The notes beneath the pieces are model-generated. The model saw only the letters and a list, made by a program, of their open reading frames with translations, made no database searches and was not told where the DNA came from. A DNA stretch of 64,000 bases, taken from Eubacteriales bacterium. GTDB lineage: Bacteria; Bacillota; Clostridia; Oscillospirales; CAG-272. Shown one piece after another: positions 51,194 through 59,829 of this stretch (within the stretch, counting starts at the first letter, position 1; each line of letters opens with the position of its first letter). The stretch spans positions 59,580 through 123,579 of the forward strand of contig JAZNGE010000040.1 of the NCBI GenBank assembly GCA_045576315.1, in the 5' to 3' direction. The translations under genes and the position numbers were made by a program.

Positions 51194-51712
51194 TTACGAT
51201 TTTTTTATTTTGGAAAGATCGAGATGCACAACGGCTGCTTTGACGTATGCCGCCTTATCGAAGAAATAGTCATAAAAATAGGCGTGCTCACACAGATCGA
51301 GCGCAAGAATAGGGGTTATACCAGACGAAAATATTTCCAGCGCCTTAACGCAGGTTTGCCACCTCAAAGTATCTTTACCGTCACGATATACGAACAAAAA
51401 GCCGTCCGATTTCAGCGCCGCGCACGTAAGCTCGTATGCGAACACAGCTTCGCTGCCGTAGGCATCATGCACCGTAGGGGAAGCGGCGTTTGCCGAAGAA
51501 AAGGAAGAAAAATACAATTCGTGCGCAAGTATATCGGCTTTAAGCGATGCACCCTCCTCGCGCTCGGAGCGCTTTATGGGCAGGCGCAGTATCTCGCGAC
51601 AGCTTTTCCCTATCATATCGGGATAACTTTTTTCAAATATCGACATCTGCAATTTAAGGGTGCGCAGATATTCCCTATGTAACTCATAACAAGTGCGTGA
51701 AATAAAGTCCAT
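51194..51712 (-). CDS. short Fe/Mn superoxide dismutase family-like protein
   Basis: 172 aa. C-terminal PILALDLCEHAYFYDY aligns with the SOD D-x-W-E-H-A-Y-Y motif. ELH and AHELYF align with the two N-terminal His ligands. It lacks about 20-25 N-terminal residues of canonical SODs. Confidence 0.5.
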   Translation of the reverse strand: MDFISRTCYELHREYLRTLKLQMSIFEKSYPDMIGKSCREILRLPIKRSEREEGASLKADILAHELYFSSFSSANAASPTVHDAYGSEAVFAYELTCAALKSDGFLFVYRDGKDTLRWQTCVKALEIFSSGITPILALDLCEHAYFYDYFFDKAAYVKAAVVHLDLSKIKKS

Positions 51713-51716
51713 AAAT

Positions 51717-51757
51717 AAAACCTCTCCCTGTCAGTCTATGCACGGGGAGAGGTTTTT
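51717..51757 (-). terminator. rho-independent terminator after hslO
   Basis: CCTCTCCC (51721-51728) pairs with GGGAGAGG (51745-51752). The minus-strand transcript continues with TTTTATTTAT. Confidence 0.7.
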
Positions 51758-51760
51758 GCG

Positions 51761-52639
51761 TTAATCTATAAGGTCCTTTTCGGTAAAGGTGTACTCGGTA
51801 TTGCAGAAGCGGCATATAGCGGTAAGCTCACGGGGCTTGCCCTCTGCCTCTTGCTCGTCAAGGAGATTTTTAAGCTCCTTTTGACCGAGGGAGCGCATCT
51901 TCTCATACATTCTCTTGCGTGAGCAATCGCACTTATACTCTACCTCAAGGGTATCGAATACGTCGTAAGGCACGTCGCGGAGAGCTATATCGGCAATCTG
52001 CTCGTTTGTAAGTCCGCGCTCGAAATAGCGGGAGATATTTACAAGGTCAGCGGCGTTGCGCTCGATGAGATCTACGGTTGCGTTATCGGGAAAAGGAAGA
52101 AGCTGTACGAGGACACCGCCTGCGGCAAGGCAGGAGTAATCGGTGTCGACAAGAACACCGAGAGAAAGCAGAGTGGGCACCTGCTCGCTGTTTGCAAAAT
52201 AAGATGCGATATCCTCGGCGATCTCGCCGCTTACTATCTCGGTCATACCGATCTGCGGCTCTACCTCGCCAACCTGCTTTACAAAGCTGAGAGTTCCCGC
52301 GCCGACCGCCGCGCCTACGTCGAGCTTTCCGTTCGACTTTTTAGGCGGATCAACGAGGGGGTTCTGAATATATCCCTTTACGTTTCCGAAATAATCGGCA
52401 ACTGCGATAAGCTTGCCAGCAGGGCCGTCACCCGCGAAAGTAATGGTGACGCTGTCCTTGTTTTCGGGGAGCATCGTTCCTATCATCGACGCAGCGGTAA
52501 CAAGACGTCCGAGTGCTGCCGTACCCGTGGGAGAGGTGTGGTGAGATGAAACGACAGAATTCACCATTTCTTTAGAATTGATAACAAGAATTCGGGCAGA
52601 ACCGTCTCTTGTCATTGCTCTTAAAATTGTAGATTTCAT
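51761..52639 (-). CDS. hslO: redox-regulated chaperone Hsp33
   Basis: 292 aa. C-terminal zinc/redox switch CDCSRKRM ... CRFCNTEY (CxC...CxxC). Confidence 0.94.
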   Translation of the reverse strand: MKSTILRAMTRDGSARILVINSKEMVNSVVSSHHTSPTGTAALGRLVTAASMIGTMLPENKDSVTITFAGDGPAGKLIAVADYFGNVKGYIQNPLVDPPKKSNGKLDVGAAVGAGTLSFVKQVGEVEPQIGMTEIVSGEIAEDIASYFANSEQVPTLLSLGVLVDTDYSCLAAGGVLVQLLPFPDNATVDLIERNAADLVNISRYFERGLTNEQIADIALRDVPYDVFDTLEVEYKCDCSRKRMYEKMRSLGQKELKNLLDEQEAEGKPRELTAICRFCNTEYTFTEKDLID

Positions 52640-52645
52640 ATTTTC

Positions 52646-53401
52646 CTATCCTTTTTTACATCTTGCCACGATATAAATTCTCTCGTCCGCGTCCGTGGCG
52701 GGAGTGAACGAATAGTCGGAATACGCACCGATAAATTCAAAGCCGGAAGACGCCAGCTTCTTCTTCAAGGTGGAAAGCGGATACATACGCTCGCGCTGAA
52801 GCTCGTCATATCTTGCGTACATTCCACCCTCTTCGTTAAAGAGAGTTATGTAAAAGTCGCAAATATGCGTTTTGGGGTTATAATCGTTCTGCCAGATGCA
52901 GACAGAGCCATCGGTCTCCATAACGTAGCTGCGGTCGGCGTAAACATTCTCAAACTTCGCTTTACCGTTTACGTCAAAGACGAAAAGGCCGTCGGGAATG
53001 AGATAGTTATGGACGAGCGAAAGGCACTTATCAAGCGCCTTTGCGCTTGTGAGATGGTTAAGGCAATCAAGACAGGAAACGGCAAGATCGACCGTGCCGT
53101 AAAGCTCAAATTCGGTCATATCCTGACAAAGCCAAAGCATTTTTCCGTCAAGTCCTGCATCACAGGCGCGCTCGCGCGCTATGTCAAGCATTTCAACGGA
53201 AATATCAACGCCCGTCATATCGTAGCCGCGTTTTGCAAGCTCGATCGTCATACTTCCCGTTCCGCAGCCAAGATCAAGCACGAGCTCGGGGCGTATTTGG
53301 GAGTTGGCGTTCACGGCAGCTTCTATAAAGTCTGCCCAGCTTGAATAATCTATATCCTTGTTTATCTCGTCGTAGACGGGGGCAAGAAGATCATATATCA
53401 T
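52646..53401 (-). CDS. class I SAM-dependent methyltransferase (small-molecule/RNA type, not a DNA MTase)
   Basis: SAM motif I VLDLGCGTGSMT. No DPPY/NPPY or PCQ/ENV motifs. ATG at 53401 (MIYDLLAPVYD) preferred over the track's TTG at 53434. Overlaps the helicase gene end by 11 nt. Lies 6 nt upstream of hslO. Confidence 0.85.
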   Translation of the reverse strand: MIYDLLAPVYDEINKDIDYSSWADFIEAAVNANSQIRPELVLDLGCGTGSMTIELAKRGYDMTGVDISVEMLDIARERACDAGLDGKMLWLCQDMTEFELYGTVDLAVSCLDCLNHLTSAKALDKCLSLVHNYLIPDGLFVFDVNGKAKFENVYADRSYVMETDGSVCIWQNDYNPKTHICDFYITLFNEEGGMYARYDELQRERMYPLSTLKKKLASSGFEFIGAYSDYSFTPATDADERIYIVARCKKG

Positions 53402-55634
53402 AGTATATTTCCCCGCTTTTAAATCTTTCTTCAATTTCGGTAGCTAAAAGTCGGTCGGCCGCATAAGCCTGACGGAGAAGCTCGGGCGGTATAAATTCAT
53501 CGAATTTATCGTACACCGGACATTCGCCATCACCGACAAGGCTTTCGGTATCGAGCCCGTCGCGCTCTATTATGTTGCCGATAGCGGCGAGCAGATCCTC
53601 ACCTGCTCTTCGGTACTTTGCTTTAAACGTAATATAAGCGCAGCCCTGGCTCTGAATATCCGAAATTCCAAGCTCGCCCGCGTATTTTTGCATCAGGCGG
53701 CGCATAGTGCGGAATGAGCGAGTGCCGAACCACGGGAAAAACACGTAGCTCTGACCGCCGAGGAATATGACACAGCTCTTGTCCATTCCGGCATTTTCGG
53801 CAACGGTACGCGCGTTTTCGAGGCGCTGACGGGCATTGTCGCCAAGGTAGGCATACTGCTTATCGCCAAGCAACACCTCACGCATCGCAAGCAAGAGCTT
53901 TGTGTGGATCTCGCCGCCGTCACCCGGCCATGAAACCTCCATTTTTCCGTCTACTGCCTTAACGAAGATAAGCTTTCGCGGCACGTCGACCTCTTTTACC
54001 TCCCATACTCTGCCCGCAAGAGCAAAGCGGTCGCCAACGGGCACAGGATTGGTTATAGTGCCTATTTCCTCGCTGTCACAGCGGACGGTATAGTCCTCGC
54101 TGTCCTTGAAAACTGCGTAAAATTTATAGGAGTTAATTATTCTCTCGCCGGCAAGGCCGATTATTATGCCGCGCTCGGGTGTCATTTCAAGATAATCGGA
54201 GTTTATCATGGACACGAGCATTGCGCGATAGGTTTCCTTCGGCAATTCGGCAAACGGCGGCAAAGTAAGAACACGGTCGGCAAGAGCCTTTGCGCTCATC
54301 TCTCCTTGCGAAGCCAGAGTGCTTAACGTCTGGTGAAACGCAAGGCTGAGGGGCATTTTTCTGATCTTCGGGGGCTCGATAAAGCGTTCTGTGGAGTAGA
54401 GATCTATAATTGCGATACCGCGAAGAAGCTCCCACGGTATTATTTCGGGCAGCGGAGCGTTCGGAAGTGCTTCCTCTTCCCTATAAACCATTATCATTTC
54501 GGGCGGTGAGCCACGGCGGCCCGATCTGCCGAGTCTTTGCAAAAATCCGGCGACCGTAGTCGGAGCGCCGACCTGCGCAACGCGCTCAAGGCGGCCTATA
54601 TCGATACCAAGCTCCATAGTAACGGTGGCACAGGTAACGACAGCGCCCGAGGTATCCTCCTTCATTTTCAACTCCGCATCCTCACGTAATGAGGCGGAGA
54701 GGTTGCCGTGGTGGATAAGGAATATATCATTTTCGCCGCGGCGCTTTGCAATTTGGCGCATCGTGGCGGTGACGTACTCGGTTTCTTCCCTTGAATTTGA
54801 GAAAACGAGCGCTTTTTTGCCGTATACGGCATCATAGAGGAACTCATAGCCGGGGTCGAGCTTGGATCGGCTGCCGCGATCGGTCTTTGCGTCCTCGGTT
54901 TGATTTTCGTTAGGATTTTGTATATAGAAATGCTCAAGGCCAAGACGCCATTTGAGCGCGGTCTTGGGTGGGACGGGTGCAACGGTGTCACGACCCGTGC
55001 CTGCACCGAGCCAGCCTGCCGCCTCGGAAAGATCACCGAGAGTTGCGCTAAGTCCGATGCGACGTGGGTTATGGCCGATAAGCCGCCCAAGGCGTGAAAG
55101 CAGGCACAGGACCTGATTTCCGCGATCCTGACCTATCAAGGCGTGGATCTCGTCGATAACGACGTAACGAAGTCCGCCAAAGATGCGCGGAATGTCGTTC
55201 GCGCGGTTGATTATCATAGATTCGAGAGATTCCGGAGTTATCTGAAGGATTCCCTCGGGATTCTTTAACAGCTTGGATTTATGCCCTGCGCCTACGTCAC
55301 CGTGCCAATGCGTGAGGGTGATTCCGGTAGCGTCAAGCAATTCCTCAAGTCTGTAAAACTGGTCGTTTATAAGGGATTTAAGGGGAGCGATATACAAGAC
55401 GGAAACCGAGCGTTTTTCGGGTGGATTATCAACTATATCGGCGATTATCGGGAAAAACGCAGCCTCGGTCTTGCCTGATGCGGTCGAGGATGAAAGGAGA
55501 AGATTTGACTCGGTTTCAAAGACAGCCTGCGCCGCGGCGAGCTGGATCTCGCGCAGCTCACTCCAGCCGTGAGAGTAGATATATTCCTTTATAAAGTCCG
55601 GAAATCGCCCGAACACTCTATCTGCATCAGTCAT
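53391..55634 (-). CDS. SF2 DEAD/DEAH-box helicase, Lhr/BrxHI-like (SngC-like component of the triad)
   Basis: 747 aa. Motif I SSTASGKTEAAF, motif II VVIDEIH, motif III LSATLG, motif VI QRLGRSGRRG, plus about 300 aa of C-terminal extension. RBS AAAGGAGAG. Confidence 0.88.
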   Translation of the reverse strand: MTDADRVFGRFPDFIKEYIYSHGWSELREIQLAAAQAVFETESNLLLSSSTASGKTEAAFFPIIADIVDNPPEKRSVSVLYIAPLKSLINDQFYRLEELLDATGITLTHWHGDVGAGHKSKLLKNPEGILQITPESLESMIINRANDIPRIFGGLRYVVIDEIHALIGQDRGNQVLCLLSRLGRLIGHNPRRIGLSATLGDLSEAAGWLGAGTGRDTVAPVPPKTALKWRLGLEHFYIQNPNENQTEDAKTDRGSRSKLDPGYEFLYDAVYGKKALVFSNSREETEYVTATMRQIAKRRGENDIFLIHHGNLSASLREDAELKMKEDTSGAVVTCATVTMELGIDIGRLERVAQVGAPTTVAGFLQRLGRSGRRGSPPEMIMVYREEEALPNAPLPEIIPWELLRGIAIIDLYSTERFIEPPKIRKMPLSLAFHQTLSTLASQGEMSAKALADRVLTLPPFAELPKETYRAMLVSMINSDYLEMTPERGIIIGLAGERIINSYKFYAVFKDSEDYTVRCDSEEIGTITNPVPVGDRFALAGRVWEVKEVDVPRKLIFVKAVDGKMEVSWPGDGGEIHTKLLLAMREVLLGDKQYAYLGDNARQRLENARTVAENAGMDKSCVIFLGGQSYVFFPWFGTRSFRTMRRLMQKYAGELGISDIQSQGCAYITFKAKYRRAGEDLLAAIGNIIERDGLDTESLVGDGECPVYDKFDEFIPPELLRQAYAADRLLATEIEERFKSGEIYYDI

Positions 55635-55658
55635 TGTTCTCTCCTTTCAGTCGGATTT

Positions 55659-57029
55659 TTAAATATCGATATCGAAAAGGCTCACTTTTCCGGTTTTGGG
55701 TGCTTCAACGGGAACGAACTCAAGTTCGGACGTAGATGCCGGCTTGCTATCGGCACTCACGCGCTTAACAAGCTCGTCAAAGGTAGCGGTGGGATTATCT
55801 CTCAAAATATTGAGAAGAGTGAGGAAATCACGTATGATCTCACGGGGAGTTATCATTTCGTCAGCGCCTGCACGGGCGGTAGAGGTACGAATGAAGCTCT
55901 CGATCTCCGCATCGGTTACAAGAGGGATATCCGTTCCCTCTTTTTGCATATAGAGCTTGGAAAGTCTTTTGGTAAGAGCGAGAAGCTCATTGTCGGAAAG
56001 ACGGCGCAGACGTATAACGGGAGAGGCGAGATTCTGGTATCCCATCTCTGAATAGCGAGAGTCGGTGAGTCGGCTCTTAAGCGCATCGTAGCTGAAAAGT
56101 CCGCGTCTTGTGTCCTCAAGGAATTGAGGAGTACCGCCAAAGATAACGCCAAGGCTTTTTGCCTTGCCCTGCAAGGTATCGTTGAATATCGCGAGAAGCT
56201 TCTCATAGTTTGCTTCACGGGAAATGCGGTTAGGTATCTTGTAGAGGTTTACACACTCATCGACAAAGAGGATAAGTCCGGAGTAACCGAGCTTTACCGA
56301 AAGCGAGGAGAAAAGCTTTACGTAATTGTACCAGTTGTCATCGTCGATGACGGTGCTGACGCCAAAGCCGAGAGCCGCTCTTGCCTCGGTTTTGGTCGCG
56401 AATTCGCCGCGAAGCCAACGCAGACAAGCACTCTTTTTCTCATTATCATCGTGGATAGAAGCTGTATAATACTCACCGAGCACTCCCGCAAAGTCAAAGC
56501 CGCCGACATCTCCTTCAAGCTCGGAAAGAGTGACGTACACCTTCTTTTTAAGCTCCTTTTCAAAATCGGGGCTGTCGGGGAGTATTCCCTCGGATACAAG
56601 GTCGGTCTTAAGCTTTGTAAAGTGACGGGAAAGCACGGTTGCAAGCGCGCCGCCGTCGGGAGCTGCTTTGGTAGCCATATTTATCATAAGCTCTTTATAC
56701 GTGGCAAGTCCTGCGCCGCTGCCGCCGGTAAGTCTGCGCTCGGGCGAGAGGTCGGCATCCGCACAGATAAAGCCGCGCTCAAGCGCGTATCCGCGTATAA
56801 GCTGAATAAGGAAGCTTTTACCGCTTCCGTAGCGTCCTATAAGAAAGCGGCAGAAAGCGCCGCCCTCGGCAACGGTATCGAGGTTATCAAGCAGCGAATT
56901 TATCTCTTCCCTTCTTCCGATTGCGATGTAAGGCGCGCCTATACGCGGCACAACGCCTGCCGAAAGGGATGCAAGAAGAGTGTTCAATATCCTTTTGGGG
57001 ATCTTTACTTCAGTATTTTCAAAAGCCAT
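55659..57029 (-). CDS. DUF2791/BrxD-like P-loop ATPase (SngB-like component of the triad)
   Basis: 456 aa. Walker A GRYGSGKSF, Walker B LILFVDEC. The N-terminus GVVPRIGAPYIAIGRREEI is typical of this family. The start overlaps the upstream gene by 25 nt. Confidence 0.8.
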   Translation of the reverse strand: MAFENTEVKIPKRILNTLLASLSAGVVPRIGAPYIAIGRREEINSLLDNLDTVAEGGAFCRFLIGRYGSGKSFLIQLIRGYALERGFICADADLSPERRLTGGSGAGLATYKELMINMATKAAPDGGALATVLSRHFTKLKTDLVSEGILPDSPDFEKELKKKVYVTLSELEGDVGGFDFAGVLGEYYTASIHDDNEKKSACLRWLRGEFATKTEARAALGFGVSTVIDDDNWYNYVKLFSSLSVKLGYSGLILFVDECVNLYKIPNRISREANYEKLLAIFNDTLQGKAKSLGVIFGGTPQFLEDTRRGLFSYDALKSRLTDSRYSEMGYQNLASPVIRLRRLSDNELLALTKRLSKLYMQKEGTDIPLVTDAEIESFIRTSTARAGADEMITPREIIRDFLTLLNILRDNPTATFDELVKRVSADSKPASTSELEFVPVEAPKTGKVSLFDIDI

Positions 57030-58612
57030 GTTTCAGTTTCCTCTTTGTAATCATCAATAACTTTGTAGCCATCGTCGCCAAGCTCGAGTATTACGTCGCC
57101 AAATCCGTCGGCAAACGCCTCGTTAATTCTATCGGCAACAGAGTCCTCCATTTCGCCAAGCTCTGCGACAACGGAGCGCATCGCTGACACATCTTCGTCA
57201 AGAGCCACCTTGATAAAGCGAATTAAGGGCATATCAAGTCCGTAGGTATCCACCTCACACTCGCCAACGGTATCGGGTGCCGCGGCGGTCTCGCTCTGCT
57301 CCTCACTATCGACCTTATATTCATCGATGTCCTCGACAAGACGGGCGGTAGTAGTCCATGACGCGCGCTCGATCTCGTCGGCATCGGCTGTTGAGAGCTC
57401 GTTGGACTGTAGCTCGTACATTTTTTCGTACTCGGGACGGTTAGCGCGCCGGCGTTCTCTGTTCACCTTATCGAACAGTTCGACAAAATACTCGTCTATA
57501 AGAGCGCGATACTCGGGGGGCAGCTCCTTTACGGCAAGTCTGCTCTTTACACCCATGAGTGCGCGAAGCTTGTTTTCGGTATATTTAAGTGCCGAGGTAA
57601 CTATGCCGCGAAGCTCGGTCTCCTCGGATATGGGACGGTATTCAACGGATATGCGATATTTTATCGCCGAGGTGGTAAGCGCAGAGCGGAATGCGGAGCG
57701 CTCCATTTTGGCAGGAGTCCAATCCTCTGTAAGTATCTTTCCGCCAAGAAGCAGACGGGATACAAGCACGCTCATAGCACCGATAAGATGTCGCTCGTAG
57801 GCTTCTTTATTCTCGCCGCCCGAGAACTTGCCGGTGCGCCAATCGTAATCGGAGAGGTATGCGATAACTGATGCCGCGCCCTCTGCGCCGAGAGTTTCGG
57901 CATCGGAGAGATAAAACTCCTTAAAGCCGGATGCACCGACGACCGAGAAAACGAACTCACGTATGCGGTCAATGGGGCAATCAAGCTGATATACAAGGCA
58001 ATAGTCCTGCACCCAAAGCGCCATGTTGGCATCGATGTTGGGCAGCGCCTTGCGATACTCACACCAAACGTCAAGAAGAAGCTCAATTCCCTGTTTAGGC
58101 GGTATAAGGTCGGGCAGATTTATTATTTCGTAAACATACAGATAGAAATACGAATAGTCCGTCTTGATATATTTCTTCCGTCTTACCATTGAGCGCCAAT
58201 AGAAATAATAGTTTCTTTGCGCTTGGGTAAGCTGGGTATATTGCGGCATATAGGAATAGTAAGAAACGAAGTCGCAGGGCGCGGTTTTGAAATCAAAATA
58301 GAGCTCTGCCGCCTTGACGAAATTCGCGTGGAAATCGTACTTGTCGGGTGTGTGACGCACGCTGACGCGCTTGATAAGTCCGCTTTTCGGAGAGTAAACA
58401 CGCTCTTCCTTTGCCAAAGGCTTTGACGAAGGCGCGGGGGGCGTAAGCTTGCGCGAGTCGGCATTATCCGTCTCGGTTTCGGTTGTCGAGGGGTCGGACG
58501 TTATCTCAAAATCAACTACTTTTTCCTTGGTTGAAAAGGTTGAAAGGGGTGCTATTTTCTTGGGCACCAGCTTGTCTATATCCCAAAAATCATCTCTGTC
58601 GATATCTGCCAT
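57005..58612 (-). CDS. TerB-N / TerB-C domain protein (SngA-like component of the triad)
   Basis: 535 aa. Aromatic-rich block YSYMPQYTQLTQAQRNYYFYWRSMVRRKKYIKTDYSYFYLYVYEIINL (TerB-N-like). C-terminal SVADRINEAFADGFGDVILELGDDGYKVIDDY (TerB-C-like). RBS AAAGGAG. Confidence 0.78.
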   Translation of the reverse strand: MADIDRDDFWDIDKLVPKKIAPLSTFSTKEKVVDFEITSDPSTTETETDNADSRKLTPPAPSSKPLAKEERVYSPKSGLIKRVSVRHTPDKYDFHANFVKAAELYFDFKTAPCDFVSYYSYMPQYTQLTQAQRNYYFYWRSMVRRKKYIKTDYSYFYLYVYEIINLPDLIPPKQGIELLLDVWCEYRKALPNIDANMALWVQDYCLVYQLDCPIDRIREFVFSVVGASGFKEFYLSDAETLGAEGAASVIAYLSDYDWRTGKFSGGENKEAYERHLIGAMSVLVSRLLLGGKILTEDWTPAKMERSAFRSALTTSAIKYRISVEYRPISEETELRGIVTSALKYTENKLRALMGVKSRLAVKELPPEYRALIDEYFVELFDKVNRERRRANRPEYEKMYELQSNELSTADADEIERASWTTTARLVEDIDEYKVDSEEQSETAAAPDTVGECEVDTYGLDMPLIRFIKVALDEDVSAMRSVVAELGEMEDSVADRINEAFADGFGDVILELGDDGYKVIDDYKEETETWLLKILK

Positions 58613-58649
58613 TTTCCCTGCTCCTTTCGTGCAAATACTTCAATATGTT

Positions 58650-58678
58650 ATTATAACATACATAGCGTTGATTGTCAA
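58650..58678 (-). promoter_or_regulatory. consensus sigma-A promoter in front of the TerB/ATPase/helicase unit
   Basis: On the minus strand, TTGACA (58678-58673), exact 17-nt spacer, TGT-TATAAT (TATAAT at 58655-58650). Lies about 38 nt upstream of the ATG at 58612. Confidence 0.65.
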
Positions 58679-58700
58679 CATTTTGACCGTGTTTTCTTAC

Positions 58701-58740
58701 AAAAAAGTGCATCCGACCTTTTTGTCGGATGCACTTTTAT
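58701..58740 (-). terminator. rho-independent terminator after ispE
   Basis: Perfect 15-bp stem AAAAGTGCATCCGAC / GTCGGATGCACTTTT (58703-58717 and 58724-58738). U-run on the minus-strand transcript. Confidence 0.85.
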
Positions 58741-58753
58741 CAAACTCATAGGA

Positions 58754-59635
58754 TCACACGAATTTTGCGTGATAGGCTCTGTATTTTTCCTTGCGGAGTG
58801 CCATACAGGCAGACACCGCGCCATCAAGGGTATCAAAGATGCCGAAAACCGAAGGGCCGCTGCCGCTCATCATTGCTGCGCGTGCTCCAAGCTCGACAAG
58901 TCGCTTACGGATATTTGCCGCGGTGGGACACATAGGCAATATAGCCGACTCAAACACGTTAAATATGCCCTCGGGATCTATCCTATTCTCGCGGAGTGCG
59001 GGCATCAGGCGCGCAAAATGCTCCTCTCCCCCACTCAAATGAGTACCGTCAAAGTCGGAATAGAGGGTATCGAGCGCTTTGTAGGCGGTAGGAGTTGACA
59101 TATGCTCGTTACCGATAGCGATAACGACGTATCCGTCTACGTTCACGTTGAGTCTTGTCATTATCTCGCCTCTGCCCTCACAAAGCGCGCATCTGCCGTA
59201 AAGGCAATATACGACGTCGCTGCCAAGCTCTGCTGCTATCTCGTTAAGCACAGGAATGGTAAAAATCCGTCCGTAAAGCTTATTGAGTGCGCGAAGCACT
59301 GCCGCGGCATCACTGGAGCCGCCCGCAAGGCCTGCCGCTACGGGAATGCGCTTTACAAGCTTGATCTCAACGCTTGCGGTTATCTTTGCGCGTTCAAGGA
59401 AAAGATACGCTGCGCGCGCGGCGAGGTTGCGCCCGTCGGTAGGCAAAAATCGGTTGCCATCGACCGACATTGTGACCGTGGTTTCGTTTGCCGGGGATAC
59501 CGTGACCGTTATCGCATCACCAAAGTTGACCGAATGCATGACCGTGCGGATATCGTGAAAGCCGTCCTCCCTTTTTGAAAGGACGTCAAGATACAGATTT
59601 ACTTTGGCGTTTGCTTTTTCTTTTATCGTCTTCAT
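58754..59635 (-). CDS. ispE: 4-(cytidine 5'-diphospho)-2-C-methyl-D-erythritol kinase
   Basis: Start at ATG 59635 (MKTIKEKANAKVNLYLDV). GHMP kinase motif PVAAGLAGGSSDAAA. The track start at 59716 adds 27 implausible residues. Confidence 0.93.
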   Translation of the reverse strand: MKTIKEKANAKVNLYLDVLSKREDGFHDIRTVMHSVNFGDAITVTVSPANETTVTMSVDGNRFLPTDGRNLAARAAYLFLERAKITASVEIKLVKRIPVAAGLAGGSSDAAAVLRALNKLYGRIFTIPVLNEIAAELGSDVVYCLYGRCALCEGRGEIMTRLNVNVDGYVVIAIGNEHMSTPTAYKALDTLYSDFDGTHLSGGEEHFARLMPALRENRIDPEGIFNVFESAILPMCPTAANIRKRLVELGARAAMMSGSGPSVFGIFDTLDGAVSACMALRKEKYRAYHAKFV

Positions 59636-59749
59636 TAGTAGACTCCATACTGTTATTGTATTTATTTTAGCACATTCGGCAAAGAAAATCAATATTTTGT
59701 GCGATTTTATAGGCAAAATGAAAAAATCGGTGAATTTTTTGATTTTTGG

Positions 59750-59778
59750 TTGACATTTATATATTAGTATGATATAAT
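59750..59778 (+). promoter_or_regulatory. consensus sigma-A promoter of rpsF-ssb-rpsR
   Basis: TTGACA (59750-59755), 17-nt spacer, TGA-TATAAT (TATAAT at 59773-59778). Confidence 0.7.
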
Positions 59779-59789
59779 ACTATATCGGT

Positions 59790-59829
59790 CGGACGACTCG
59801 TCCGTACCCCCTTGCCGTCGGCTGACGGC
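59790..59829 (+). promoter_or_regulatory. two GC-rich hairpins in the rpsF 5' UTR (candidate S6:S18 autoregulatory leader)
   Basis: CGGACG-act-CGTCCG (59790-59804) and GCCGTC-ggct-GACGGC (59814-59829), between the promoter and the AAGGAGG RBS. Confidence 0.4.

Noticed and set aside
52646-53401. The methyltransferase next to the helicase as the modification half of an R-M or BREX-like system.
   Set aside because: It has only the generic SAM motif I (LDLGCGTG). It lacks the (D/N)PP(Y/F) motif and the C5-MTase PCQ/ENV motifs. Its size and layout fit small-molecule or RNA methyltransferases. No restriction endonuclease or PglZ/PglX-like gene is nearby.
56124-57050. 308-aa plus-strand ORF inside the triad locus.
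   Set aside because: It is antisense to the DUF2791-like ATPase gene. The product is low-complexity with no RBS. I therefore do not count it as a fourth component of the system.
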